Below, piece after piece: positions 1-10,629 of a stretch of DNA of 40,493 nt. Under the pieces are notes generated by a model, which saw nothing but the letters and a program-made list of their open reading frames with translations, was not told the DNA's origin and ran no database searches. The number at the start of each line of letters is the position of its first letter. Positions within the stretch are counted from its first letter, which is position 1. The translations under genes were made by a program, and so were the position numbers. This DNA comes from Promethearchaeota archaeon. Lineage in GTDB: Archaea; Asgardarchaeota; Lokiarchaeia; Sigyniarchaeales; SOKP01. The stretch is from contig SDNY01000018.1 of NCBI GenBank assembly GCA_004524535.1, forward strand, positions 1-40,493, written 5' to 3'.

Positions 1-215
1 AGAGGTAATAACTCGGTGAGTTGAGATGTGATATGAGATTTAAACCATGCTATTCTGAGGAAACTTGTTTTACGCTGAAGATAAGTTGAAAAAAACACAA
101 ATTTTGTCGTATAAAAAGATTTAAGTAATTCTTCAGCTATTCTTTAATATACATACTCAAATAATTAATAAAATTTGAATCAAACTTTTTAATTAATCAT
201 TCTCTTTTATTTTCA

Positions 216-1526
216 ATGGATATTTATAACAGTGATCTCCACATTCATTCACCTCATTCTATTGCTGTCTCAAAAAGTTTAAATCTCGATACGATGGTTC
301 AAACATGCAAAAAGAAAGGGTTAAATATATTAGGTACAGGAGACATTTTGCAACCAGAATGGCTTAAATATATGGAAAGTAATCTTGATAAAGATGAAGA
401 TGCCGCTTTTAAGTATAAAGATATTTATTTTATTCTGCAAACTGAAATAGAAGATCAAGAAAGCATACATCAAGTTGTTTTTTTCCCTGATTTTAACTCG
501 GTTAGGGAAATTCAAAAAAAATTAAATCCTTATTCAAAAAATATCTTAGATGAATGGGGTGGGCGCCCTAGAGTTAATTTATCACCTGCAGAATTAGTTG
601 ATATAGTGGCTGATTCGGGAGGATTAATTGGTCCTGCTCACGCTTTTACGCCCTTTAAAGCAATCTTCCGTCAAAATAAATTCAAAACTCTTAAAGAATG
701 CTACCAAGATGCAATAAAAAAAGTTACTTTTATTGAATTAGGTCTTTCTGCTAATACAGATCTAGCAGATAGGTTATCTTGTCTAAAAGATGTGACTTTC
801 CTAAGTAATAGTGATGCTCATTCTCAGAACCCTCGCTCGCTAGGTCGAGAATTTAATAAATTTGATATTGATTGTCCTTCTTTTGAAGAAATTCAATTAG
901 CATTAGAACGTAAGAATAATAGAAAAATCACGCTCAATTTGGGGCTTTCTCCTATGCTTGGAAAATATTATAATATGTTCTGTCATAAATGTAGAAGAAG
1001 GGTATTATTTAAAAAAGTGAAAAAAAAAATAGATACAATTTTTACTCAGTATTCTATTTCAGAAAATTTTATTATATTTTACACTAATGATCCTGCTAAA
1101 GCTAAAGAAAACTATATAGACCAAACAGCAAAAGATAAAATGATATGTCCGGCTTGTCAAGAAAAATTAAAAAAAAATTTTAAAATTAAATTGGGTGTGA
1201 GCGAAAGAATTGATGTCATATCTACTTACGATAAACCTCAACATCCTGACCATAGACCACCATATATTAACGCTATACCTTTAATCGATATCATTCGTTC
1301 AGTAAGGGGTATAAAAAGTACAAGTAGTAAAACAGTTTTAAATTTCTACGATAAAATTATAAAAGAACTTGCTCCTGAATTTGAAATATTAATTGATACA
1401 CCAATAAATCAAATCGAAAATTTCGATAAAAATCTTGCTTCTGTAATAAAAGCCTTTAGAAATAGTGAGATAGATTACACTCCTGGTGGAGGAGGAATAT
1501 ACGGACAAATAAAAATCGATTTATAA
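216..1526 (+). CDS. PHP-domain TIGR00375 / endonuclease Q-like protein
   Basis: N-terminal DLHIHS..S.AVSK..KKGL.ILGTGD, GPAHAFTP, ELGLSA.T, SNSDAHS..LGREF, CxxC...CxxC-KLGVSERI and C-terminal PGGGG.YG match the EndoQ/TIGR00375 pattern. Confidence 0.85.
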   Translation: MDIYNSDLHIHSPHSIAVSKSLNLDTMVQTCKKKGLNILGTGDILQPEWLKYMESNLDKDEDAAFKYKDIYFILQTEIEDQESIHQVVFFPDFNSVREIQKKLNPYSKNILDEWGGRPRVNLSPAELVDIVADSGGLIGPAHAFTPFKAIFRQNKFKTLKECYQDAIKKVTFIELGLSANTDLADRLSCLKDVTFLSNSDAHSQNPRSLGREFNKFDIDCPSFEEIQLALERKNNRKITLNLGLSPMLGKYYNMFCHKCRRRVLFKKVKKKIDTIFTQYSISENFIIFYTNDPAKAKENYIDQTAKDKMICPACQEKLKKNFKIKLGVSERIDVISTYDKPQHPDHRPPYINAIPLIDIIRSVRGIKSTSSKTVLNFYDKIIKELAPEFEILIDTPINQIENFDKNLASVIKAFRNSEIDYTPGGGGIYGQIKIDL

Positions 1527-1543
1527 AAAATTAGAAATTATTG

Positions 1544-1783
1544 TTAAATTTCAAAATCTAAATTTAAACTAAGTAGCTCGCCGCAGCTACATGTCATGTA
1601 GTCAAAACATTTCAATGAGACAATCATATGCTCTATATTTTTTAGACGAAATTGATTTTTGAACGATTTTTTATAAGAACAACTAGGACAACTCAGAGTG
1701 GCTCTAACCTTGATTAGGTCAGAAGCCAATTTATTTGTAGATTTTATGTCATTTCCGTTATTATTATTATAATCAATTTCCAA
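1544..1783 (-). CDS. small Zn-ribbon protein
   Basis: TTG start with purine-rich SD-like sequence upstream; CPSC...CSCG cysteine pairs; divergent from ftsZ. Confidence 0.65.
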   Translation of the reverse strand: MEIDYNNNNGNDIKSTNKLASDLIKVRATLSCPSCSYKKSFKNQFRLKNIEHMIVSLKCFDYMTCSCGELLSLNLDFEI

Positions 1784-1799
1784 AATAGCAACCCTTCAC

Positions 1800-1817
1800 T
1801 TTCTAATATATTAGAAA
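1800..1817. promoter_or_regulatory. perfect 18-bp palindrome TTTCTAATATATTAGAAA, candidate operator
   Basis: Exact self-complementary sequence in the divergent intergenic region between the Zn-ribbon gene and ftsZ. Confidence 0.4.
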
Positions 1818-1956
1818 TAATTTTTGTTTATAAATCTATGTGCAATATACTTATCTTTTATTTCGCACCATCAAAGAGAATACTCAAAAATTAAAAATTA
1901 AGATCTTTAAGCATAATATTTAGATATTACAATCAAATATTATTCTGATATAATTT

Positions 1957-3138
1957 ATGTATTATGATTATAAAACAATATCGGAGATGACAAATTTGAA
2001 GGAATTTCGATTTAATGAAGGATCACAATTGCCCAATTTTTCACTATCTGAAACAGCAATAACCTCAAGATTTAAACAACTCTCTAATCTACAGAGAAAT
2101 GCAACTTCAAATCATATTTACGATAATGACGATTATTTATCGGATTTATTAAAAGTTTTAAAAATTAAGACGCTTGTTGTCGGTGTTGGTGGAGCAGGAA
2201 ATAATACTGTTTCGAGATTACAAGAAATGGGTTTAGTTGGTACTGAAACTTTAAATATAAATACAGATGCTCACGATTTATATTATTCTAATGCGAAAAA
2301 AAAATTATTAATTGGTAAGGATCAATGCAATGGTACAGGTTCGGGAAATAATCCTCTTATTGGTTCAAAAGCTGCTGAGGAGGATGCTGATCGGTTAAAT
2401 AAAATTCTAAATGCTGATGTTGTATTTTTGACATGTGGATTGGGCGGTGGTACGGGAACTGGAGCGGCACCCATTATTGCGAGAGAAGCAAAAAAAAACA
2501 ATTCCTTGGTGGTAAGTTTTTGTTCAATTCCCTTTAGAAGTGAAGGAAACCAAAGAAGATTAAGGGCGAAATTAGGACTCAAAAAACTTGCCAAATATTC
2601 CGATTCTATTATTCCAATACCTAATGATAATCTATTACAACTGATCCCCAAAGCACCTATTTTAACATGCTTTAAAGTTATGGACGAAGTGTTAGTTAGA
2701 AGCATAAGGGAAATTGTAACTCTTATGAATAACTGCGGATTAATTAACATCGATTTTGCTGATGTAAAAAAAATTCTCGAAAGAACTGGAAATTATCCTT
2801 CTGGTCTAATCGGAATAACTGAAACATTAGGAAATGAACATGATATCATTCATAAGTCAAAATTAGCTATACATAACCCTCTTTTAAAACCAAATACAAA
2901 TGAGGTCGATCGTTGTTTAATTTCAGTTTCAAGCAACCATAAATTATCGTTATCAAATGTCGATAAAATAGTATCAACCATCTCAAATGAAGTTCCTCAG
3001 AACGCAAAAATAAAGTTCGGTGCTAATATGGATCCTAATTTGGATACAAAAATAAGAATTATGGTCTTAGGAAAAGGGCCAATCTCTCCTTATGTAAGAT
3101 CTGCTGTTAATGCTGCTGATGATATTCCCTTTCAATAA
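1957..3138 (+). CDS. ftsZ: cell division GTPase FtsZ homolog; start may be TTG at 1996
   Basis: VVGVGGAGNN, INTD, GLGGGTGTGAAP tubulin signature, PF..EG..R, T7 loop NIDFADV; GGAGATGA SD-like sequence at 1983-1990 precedes the in-frame TTG at 1996. Confidence 0.93.
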   Translation: MYYDYKTISEMTNLKEFRFNEGSQLPNFSLSETAITSRFKQLSNLQRNATSNHIYDNDDYLSDLLKVLKIKTLVVGVGGAGNNTVSRLQEMGLVGTETLNINTDAHDLYYSNAKKKLLIGKDQCNGTGSGNNPLIGSKAAEEDADRLNKILNADVVFLTCGLGGGTGTGAAPIIAREAKKNNSLVVSFCSIPFRSEGNQRRLRAKLGLKKLAKYSDSIIPIPNDNLLQLIPKAPILTCFKVMDEVLVRSIREIVTLMNNCGLINIDFADVKKILERTGNYPSGLIGITETLGNEHDIIHKSKLAIHNPLLKPNTNEVDRCLISVSSNHKLSLSNVDKIVSTISNEVPQNAKIKFGANMDPNLDTKIRIMVLGKGPISPYVRSAVNAADDIPFQ

Positions 3139-3407
3139 ATATTATCTCAGCATTATTATATGAATCTTTATTACTAATTCATTTAAAGAAATAAAAGAAA
3201 TTTTAGGCAGTTTTAAAATGTTAAATGATGATAAAAATAAGTTTAAATATAAAAATTTAGATTGATTTATTAAAGACTTTATGGTTAAAAATTTTAGATT
3301 ATTAATTTTACTTTTACTAATTTCAAAAAATTTAAGATTACTCTTTACCAAGGTAATAAATTAAAATATTTCATAAGAAATAAGAAAATCTTTAGGAGAT
3401 AAAAAAT

Positions 3408-4733
3408 ATGCTACAAAAAGTCCTTATAACTAAAGATGATAAAATAATTTATCGTAGAGAATTTGGAAAAGCTATGGGTGAAGAGGAGCTTAAATTTCTT
3501 TTAATGCAACTGAAAAAGGAGGTAAATTTAGATCTAACAAAAAATTTGGGTAATTATATATCGTTTCAAAATAGACTTTCATATATAATTGAAAGAGATT
3601 TTAATTTATTTTTTATTTTAATATCAGGTTTAGGTGATGAACCTGAAGATATTGAAATTGAGTTAAAAGAATTTAGAAATGAATTTTTAAATATATTTGG
3701 CGAAGTGCTTACAAATACTATAGATAGTTCATTATTAGAATTATTAAATCCTATTGTTGATAAAATCTTTGTAAATCTGAGACCTAAAATATCTCTAATT
3801 GGTTTTTCTGGAGTAGGAAAAACTACAATTTCTAAATTAATTAGAGAAGAAGAGATTCCGACTGTACATGTTCCAACAATTACAGGGAAGAGGTCAATAA
3901 TTAAAATAGGAAAATTACAGTTTATTTTATGGGATTTTGCTGGTCAAGAACAATTCAGCTATTTATGGAATAGTTTCATTGAAGGTTCGGATGCTGCACT
4001 TTTAATTACAGACTCAACTTTAGAAAATGCAGAAAAAAGTAAGTTTTTTATTGAACTTATACATGAGGAAGCGCCTTATGCAAATTCAGCGATTATAGCA
4101 AATAAACAAGATTTGCCTGGTGCCTTAAAACCTGACGAATTGGAAAAAATTCTTGGATTAAAAGCTTATTCTATGGTAGCAATTGACCCTAAAAATCGAG
4201 AAAAAATGATTCGAATTATTTCAGAGATTCTCGCGATAAGTACTGAATCATCACCTTTGTTAAGACCTATATTTGAGAGAGACCTTCTGATTTTAGATGC
4301 TCAGAATGCCTATGACCGGGGCAATTATGATAATGCATTATGTTATTTTGAAAAAATTGCCACTATTTGTCTTGAATTAGGCGATGATTCGCTAGGAAAG
4401 GAATATTACGAGAAGGCTCATAATTTAAGAATACAATTGAGTGAAAATTCATTTCCACCGGCTCAAGTATCCGAAATTCCAGAAGAACCTGAAATGCCGG
4501 AGATAACAGAACCTAATCCTTCACCGACTCAAATATCTGACGATCCAGAAGTATCTTTTGCACCTGAAGTTTTAAAAAACACTGACCCCCTACCAGAATC
4601 ACACGAAAAATTGAAAACATCCACAACATTAGACTCCATTGACGCAATTGAAATACCAGAAAACCTTCAAAACCCTATTGAAAAAAATAAAACTAAAAAA
4701 AGGTTTTTTCATAGAAGAAAAAAAGCTCGTTAA
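3408..4733 (+). CDS. longin/roadblock-fused Arf-like small GTPase with helical domain and low-complexity tail
   Basis: G1 GFSGVGKTT, G2 PTIT, G3 WDFAGQE, G4 NKQD; about 120-aa N-terminal domain; TPR-like helices; Pro/Glu-rich then basic C-terminus; AGGAGA SD. Confidence 0.85.
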   Translation: MLQKVLITKDDKIIYRREFGKAMGEEELKFLLMQLKKEVNLDLTKNLGNYISFQNRLSYIIERDFNLFFILISGLGDEPEDIEIELKEFRNEFLNIFGEVLTNTIDSSLLELLNPIVDKIFVNLRPKISLIGFSGVGKTTISKLIREEEIPTVHVPTITGKRSIIKIGKLQFILWDFAGQEQFSYLWNSFIEGSDAALLITDSTLENAEKSKFFIELIHEEAPYANSAIIANKQDLPGALKPDELEKILGLKAYSMVAIDPKNREKMIRIISEILAISTESSPLLRPIFERDLLILDAQNAYDRGNYDNALCYFEKIATICLELGDDSLGKEYYEKAHNLRIQLSENSFPPAQVSEIPEEPEMPEITEPNPSPTQISDDPEVSFAPEVLKNTDPLPESHEKLKTSTTLDSIDAIEIPENLQNPIEKNKTKKRFFHRRKKAR

Positions 4734-4962
4734 AATGAAAATTCTCTTCGAAAAAGCTCTAAAAAAAAGAAAACGCAAATAGATTCTCTCAATAGTTATA
4801 AGAATGAATTAATTTTTATTGTTATATAAAGTAAAATTAAGTTGAAGTTTTTTGAATTAGATAGGATTTAAATACATACTTTATTACTATTATAACTAAC
4901 AAATATTTTGTTATATTTTAATAAAAATTAAAATCTCATTTTTTTAAAAGAGGTTTAAGTTA

Positions 4963-7900
4963 ATGACAAAAAAGACTAAATTTCAGAAGCAAATAACAAC
5001 ACTGACACTTCTTTTAACTATCTTTCTTTCAAGTTTTTTTATGATCTTTCCAATGAAAAAATCTGATTTAGAAACAGATTCTAATCTAATATCTAATGAC
5101 AAAAAAATTGACACTGAGCTTGATACTATTGAAAACATAGAGAGCCCAAGAGCAAGCCTTACGGGAAATGACACATGGTGGCACATAAATTGGAATTATA
5201 GACAGTTAATTACTATTGAAAATCCTTATGATGTAGGTTTTGAAAATTACCCTGCAAAAATTGAATTCAACTATACCGGATTAGTTAATTTAGAAAATGG
5301 AATGAATTCAACTTGCAAAGATATCAGAATTGTGGAAAATGGAGTATTAAGAAAATATTACTTCCAGCAAGATTATCCTACTTCTGAAAACGTAACAGTA
5401 TGGTTTGAAACAGATATAGCTAAAGGGCCAGGGACTGTAGAATATGATACTTATTTGTATTATGGAAATAAGGATGCTAAAATTGATACAACTTATTTTA
5501 TGAACGAGTCCTCTTCAAACTCAGGAGATGCATTTGGAGTAATTAGAAATGGTAATTTTGAATGGGAATACCAAGGGGGAAATAAAATTAATAACTTTTT
5601 TGGTTGGTATTATACAAATAATCCCCCATCAGATCTTTTTGATGTTATAGATACAGAACAGTATGGACCTAGTTATGAACATCGTTTAGTATATTATAAT
5701 GATATAGAATTCCAAGAAAGAGTGCCTGAAGGCAATTATTCATTTAAATGGGGGGATGTCGATGGATATGTTGATGATTCTAAGATAAATCCTAATGGTC
5801 AAGATTATCAAGGAACTCTCTATAGTTATCCTTTTATAATTCCTACTCTAGTCGATGCCGATATTAATGATAAATTATATATTAGTTTTTATGCAAATTT
5901 TAGAAGCTATACTGACCAACCTCAAAATCCCAACGGTTTTAACGTAAGGGTTAGTGATGTTTCCAATTATGGCGCTGGGGGGAGTTCTCCAGGTACATAC
6001 ACAACTTATCATAATTATGAGACAGACAATAAACAAACATCAGACACATTATTGAATCTTATAGAAGGTTCTGGCCCTGCACCTGCTGAAACGAGAGATC
6101 TAACTGAGCCAGGTCCAGACTATTATAATGATGGTGATTTAACAAGATATTTTACTGATTTTGATGTGACTGCCTTGCAAGGAGATTGCGTATTTTTTGA
6201 AGCTTGCACTTATGGACCAGAGGGTGGGAAAAAACGATCTGTTTACGCTCAAATAGATGATATTAAGTTTAACTATGAATTAGATGTAAATTTAGAAACT
6301 GAACCACAAGCAATTCAGACAGAAGTATATGTTATCACTAAAGACGTTGATGGAAGAATTGTACCAAATGCCGAAGTAACACTTGTATCAACTTCCCTTC
6401 CAAGGACACAGTATACAGATGATGGAGGATCCACTCTTTTTTCAAATGTTGGATGGGGAACTTATAATTTTACGGTTAATTATACATTATCTACAGGAAA
6501 GGAAGCAGTAGTTTTTGATAGTACTAAACCAGGAGAAGAAAATTTTATATTTAGTTCAGATGAATCATATTATGATGTTGTACTTATATTAAACATGTCA
6601 ACATATGATTTCGAGATTGTTGATTGGGGTGGAAGACCATTAGATTATGGTTTTGTAAATATAAAGGAAAGTAAGAGTGGAGAATCTCTGGGAAATTTAA
6701 CTCTTGATTCTATAGGAACCGCAACATTTCGTTGGTTAAATGTAAGCAGTTATTATTACGAAATATATTATAATAATACAGATTATGCGGGGATTCCAAT
6801 CAAGTTAAATGAAAGCATTATATATAGATCTGATTATGTAAAAGCAAATGAAAAATTCAAGACTCACACATTTGATGTTAATAAAACAAATATTACGCCA
6901 GGAGGTACAACATTCGAAGTAAATCAATACTTGTATACAAATGGATCAACGAGAGAAATAGGGAATAAGAAAATTATTAATTTCACTGTTATATTAGAAA
7001 ATATGGAGGAGTATCTAACCAATGTTTCCATCTATTATATTAATAAAGCTAACTCAACGGCGGGAAATCTTATTTTCACAGAAATTGATGGATATATACC
7101 TCCCCCTGTTAAGGATGATGTAATAGAAATAACTATAAGAGATCCTCCTGAAGAATGTGCTAATTTGGTGGCTGATAATTATGAAGTTTATGGCCTCTTG
7201 ATCGTTGTGAAGGGTATAAATACGTCAACACCATGTAATGGCAGAATAAAAGTTGATTTAGTCGAAACATGGAATATATATAATAAAACTGCATTGGCAA
7301 GAATGAATATTCGAGTAGAAGATAAAGGAATACCAGTAGATGTTGCCAGAGTATATGTTAAAGATTTAAGTTCTAATTCAATAGTAAATCTTTCATCCTA
7401 CGTTGACAAAGGAGAGGAATTATTAAATAGCGATGGATGGGTATTTGGTAGAATTAATTATTTAATCCCATTTTGGTATATAATTGGAAAAACATATAAT
7501 TTTACAATAAAAATTTCTGGGCAGGATATGGACTTCAATGTGACTGAAACACTTACTGGTGAATGGACGGCACCGGAAGAAATATTATCATGGTATAATT
7601 TAACAATGTCTTACGATGATGGTACACTGAAATTTGATGTTGGAGTAGAAACATTAAATCCACAAACCAAATTTGATAAATATACAATAACTGAAGAAGT
7701 GACATGGAAAGAATTTATCTATGTTAATATATATTATAATTATACAGTTGATGGTATTTCATGGAATCCAATACCATATACGGGGAATGTAAAGATAAGT
7801 TTTAAAACTACTGGGATTGGAAGTAGAGTCTATTATACAAGTACAATGTTAGATGGAGGAGCTGCTGGTTGGCTAACATTTACTCTAAATTCAAGTAAAT

Positions 7901-9336
7901 TAACAGCTGGAACGAGTGCAGAAGATTATATTGTGACAATATCTGCAGATGAGGATGATTATCTTAATCCATCAGATGCCATTAATTTTACGGTTGTGAA
8001 TGCACTAGCTACGGGTCTAAGTATTCATGAATATTCCATAGATTATAATATACAAGAAGGAGAATATTCGCAATTTTTTGGTGAATCAATTAATATATCA
8101 ATTAAATATTATGATAATTTAACGAAATCAGCTATAACCGGTGCTAATCTATACTATAATTGGCTTAATTTAGGTGATATACAATTTTATGAAGATCCAT
8201 TAAATACTTCATTTTACACACTTACTCTCAATACATCATTGGCGGGGTCTATTGGATTACAAACCATTAAAATTACTACTTTTAAAGAGAATTATACGTT
8301 TCAGCAGAAATTTGATATTTACCTAAGAGTAAAGGAGAGACCTACGTATGTAAATAATAAAACAGGATTCATATATGAGTTTTATCAAATTTGGGTTGGT
8401 GATTCTCATAATTATACATATGTTTATAGAGATATACGGAAAGATGTAAGAATTGGAAATTTGAGTGTTTACAGTTACGCTTGGCAAAGAACTGATTCTT
8501 CGGGGAATCCATTAGGACAAAGTGGAACAGATCAATTAATATCAAAAAGTAATGATGACTATCTCTTAGATTTTGATACAGAAAAAAAGGCTATTGGTTA
8601 CTATTTAATTTATATAACTATGCACAAGGATAATTACGAATTAAGGACAGTGGTAATTAATCTAGTAATTAAAATTAGAATTTTCGATGCAGATTTGGAC
8701 GCAACGAATTTAGACGATGATATAATTACAGTAGTTCATGGAAAAAAGATAGAATTTGAAGTGAGTTTAATAGATACAACAAGGGATAATATCCCCTTAA
8801 AAGAAGCAATGGTCACAATTGAAATCGGTAATAAAGAATATGACATGGATGAAGATGAGCGTGGTGTGTATAAGTACACATATGATACAGACGATGTTGA
8901 AGCTTTCTATACATCTAATACTTTTACAGTCACTATAACTATTGAGAAAGTGGATTTCGATAGCGATGAAATCGAAGTAACTGTTGTCGTTGAAATGGAA
9001 GAGATTTTCCCTGGAATGCCAACATTCTATTTTATATTGATTATAGCTGCTATTATTGGTATTGTGGGCGCTATTGTGGGATATAGAATCATTCAACAGG
9101 CTAGAATTCCTAAATTCGTTAAAAATATTAGAAAAGTAAAAAAATCAATTAAATCAAGAAGTTCTATTCCTTCAATTCCTATTCCTACAAAGAATAAAAT
9201 CTTTTTGAAAGAACTTGGTAGAGAATGGAGCCAACTTGGAATCCCACTTAAAGATATATTAGGAATTAAAGAAATAAAATCGCCAACTTTAGGTAAAGCG
9301 AAAGATAAAATTAGAAAAAATGGAGGTGCTAAATAA
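4963..9336 (+). CDS. large membrane-anchored surface protein (DUF2341-like N-domain, beta-rich repeats)
   Basis: N-terminal signal/TM segment; WW..NWNYRQLITI...DIRIVENG pattern; many N-x-S/T sequons; C-terminal TM (FYFILIIAAIIGIVGAIVGY) and basic cytoplasmic tail. Confidence 0.8.
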   Translation: MTKKTKFQKQITTLTLLLTIFLSSFFMIFPMKKSDLETDSNLISNDKKIDTELDTIENIESPRASLTGNDTWWHINWNYRQLITIENPYDVGFENYPAKIEFNYTGLVNLENGMNSTCKDIRIVENGVLRKYYFQQDYPTSENVTVWFETDIAKGPGTVEYDTYLYYGNKDAKIDTTYFMNESSSNSGDAFGVIRNGNFEWEYQGGNKINNFFGWYYTNNPPSDLFDVIDTEQYGPSYEHRLVYYNDIEFQERVPEGNYSFKWGDVDGYVDDSKINPNGQDYQGTLYSYPFIIPTLVDADINDKLYISFYANFRSYTDQPQNPNGFNVRVSDVSNYGAGGSSPGTYTTYHNYETDNKQTSDTLLNLIEGSGPAPAETRDLTEPGPDYYNDGDLTRYFTDFDVTALQGDCVFFEACTYGPEGGKKRSVYAQIDDIKFNYELDVNLETEPQAIQTEVYVITKDVDGRIVPNAEVTLVSTSLPRTQYTDDGGSTLFSNVGWGTYNFTVNYTLSTGKEAVVFDSTKPGEENFIFSSDESYYDVVLILNMSTYDFEIVDWGGRPLDYGFVNIKESKSGESLGNLTLDSIGTATFRWLNVSSYYYEIYYNNTDYAGIPIKLNESIIYRSDYVKANEKFKTHTFDVNKTNITPGGTTFEVNQYLYTNGSTREIGNKKIINFTVILENMEEYLTNVSIYYINKANSTAGNLIFTEIDGYIPPPVKDDVIEITIRDPPEECANLVADNYEVYGLLIVVKGINTSTPCNGRIKVDLVETWNIYNKTALARMNIRVEDKGIPVDVARVYVKDLSSNSIVNLSSYVDKGEELLNSDGWVFGRINYLIPFWYIIGKTYNFTIKISGQDMDFNVTETLTGEWTAPEEILSWYNLTMSYDDGTLKFDVGVETLNPQTKFDKYTITEEVTWKEFIYVNIYYNYTVDGISWNPIPYTGNVKISFKTTGIGSRVYYTSTMLDGGAAGWLTFTLNSSKLTAGTSAEDYIVTISADEDDYLNPSDAINFTVVNALATGLSIHEYSIDYNIQEGEYSQFFGESINISIKYYDNLTKSAITGANLYYNWLNLGDIQFYEDPLNTSFYTLTLNTSLAGSIGLQTIKITTFKENYTFQQKFDIYLRVKERPTYVNNKTGFIYEFYQIWVGDSHNYTYVYRDIRKDVRIGNLSVYSYAWQRTDSSGNPLGQSGTDQLISKSNDDYLLDFDTEKKAIGYYLIYITMHKDNYELRTVVINLVIKIRIFDADLDATNLDDDIITVVHGKKIEFEVSLIDTTRDNIPLKEAMVTIEIGNKEYDMDEDERGVYKYTYDTDDVEAFYTSNTFTVTITIEKVDFDSDEIEVTVVVEMEEIFPGMPTFYFILIIAAIIGIVGAIVGYRIIQQARIPKFVKNIRKVKKSIKSRSSIPSIPIPTKNKIFLKELGREWSQLGIPLKDILGIKEIKSPTLGKAKDKIRKNGGAK

Positions 9337-10455
9337 ATGCCAGTTGGAATAATAGTCATGAGATGGGATAAACGTCTTGGTACGAAAATTGAAGCCATAT
9401 ATCCAGAAGAGATTGAAATAAGTGAAGACACATTGATGCAGATCTACAGTGCACACGAATATAGCGGCGAAGCAGGCGTAATCAGTTTGCTGGTTGGTCC
9501 TTTAAATCTCATTTCTTATTATAGTGGCCCTGATGTGGGTTATTACATTGTCTTACTTCTAAATTTAGATGAAGATGCAGATGCTTATGAGGGAGGATTA
9601 TCTGACATTAGTAGAATGATTTTACAAAATATTGAGGAAAAAACCTTTAAAACATTGTTACCATCTCTTTTCCATCGTATTTCTGTTTATCCAAGTCTAT
9701 CTGAAGAATTAAGACTTGCTATTGCTTACGAAGATCAGGTTAAAAGAATGATTATCGAACGGCTCAGAGAAGAAGGTGTATTTACTAAATCAGAATTAGT
9801 TATCTGGCTTAAAGACAAATATCGACACGGATATGTGGATATAAATGCGCTTATCGTCGATTTAATTAAAATTGATATTATAAAGGAATCATCTGTAAAA
9901 GGTATGCCCTCAGAGTTGATTTTTTTCATTAATGATTTGTTAATATCTCGAAGACCTCCTCCAAATAAATTGCTGAAAAATTCTCTAGAGCTAGGCTTGC
10001 CAGAGAATTTTGCTAATGATTATTATATAGAAGTAAAAAATTTTTTCCAAAATTATCGTCCATCAGAAGAAGACAATTTAAAACTGATAAATATTTTGAT
10101 GGATCCTCAAGTTTATGAGACATTAAAATTGTTGAGAACTTCTATTTGTACTAAAAACGAAATTGAAAAACTTAAAAAGAAAGGCGTTGAGGATGTCGAT
10201 GGGGTACTAAAAATCTTATGGGAGAATCAAATAGTCCATGTCTTCCAGAGCTCTAAAGGTATTGAATATTATGCACTGCTCTCTGATTTTTACATTGCCA
10301 AAATTTTTCCAAAATATATTTTACAAACAATAATTTCAGAATACGATGTAAAATCAAAATCAGATAGAGTCTTAATAGAATACTTAAATGTGCTGGAAGA
10401 TGCTTATTTTGAACACAAAGCACAACTAAAAGCTAAAAGTAAAGAATCTACTTAA
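9337..10455 (+). CDS. conserved hypothetical protein, uDENN/longin-like N-terminus and possible winged-helix C-terminus
   Basis: Starts immediately after the upstream stop (TAA ATG) with GGAGGTG SD inside the upstream gene; GIIVMRWDKRLGTKIEAIYP resembles uDENN first strands. Confidence 0.6.
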   Translation: MPVGIIVMRWDKRLGTKIEAIYPEEIEISEDTLMQIYSAHEYSGEAGVISLLVGPLNLISYYSGPDVGYYIVLLLNLDEDADAYEGGLSDISRMILQNIEEKTFKTLLPSLFHRISVYPSLSEELRLAIAYEDQVKRMIIERLREEGVFTKSELVIWLKDKYRHGYVDINALIVDLIKIDIIKESSVKGMPSELIFFINDLLISRRPPPNKLLKNSLELGLPENFANDYYIEVKNFFQNYRPSEEDNLKLINILMDPQVYETLKLLRTSICTKNEIEKLKKKGVEDVDGVLKILWENQIVHVFQSSKGIEYYALLSDFYIAKIFPKYILQTIISEYDVKSKSDRVLIEYLNVLEDAYFEHKAQLKAKSKEST

Positions 10456-10460
10456 AAATC

Positions 10461-10472
10461 TTTTTTTTTTTT
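10461..10472 (+). terminator. oligo-T terminator
   Basis: T12 run just after the stop at 10455. Confidence 0.55.
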
Positions 10473-10629
10473 ATAAAAATTATAGGAAAGCGTTAATTTT
10501 AAGTTATAATTTATAATCATTTTTAAGAAAAATTAGGCAATAAATAAAAAAAAGATTAATATTGTTACGTTCATTAATATTTATTATATACTCACTGGAA
10601 TTAATGTATATACTTATAAATAGCCAAAA

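Noticed and set aside
1-100. Possible C/D-box sRNA, SECIS or minus-strand gene start at the window edge
   Set aside because: CTGA motifs are present but there is no exact RUGAUGA or convincing stem, and the context is truncated
3142-3351. 69-aa minus-strand ORF between ftsZ and the GTPase
   Set aside because: Extremely AT-rich, K/N/I/L/F-biased, no motif; probably spurious
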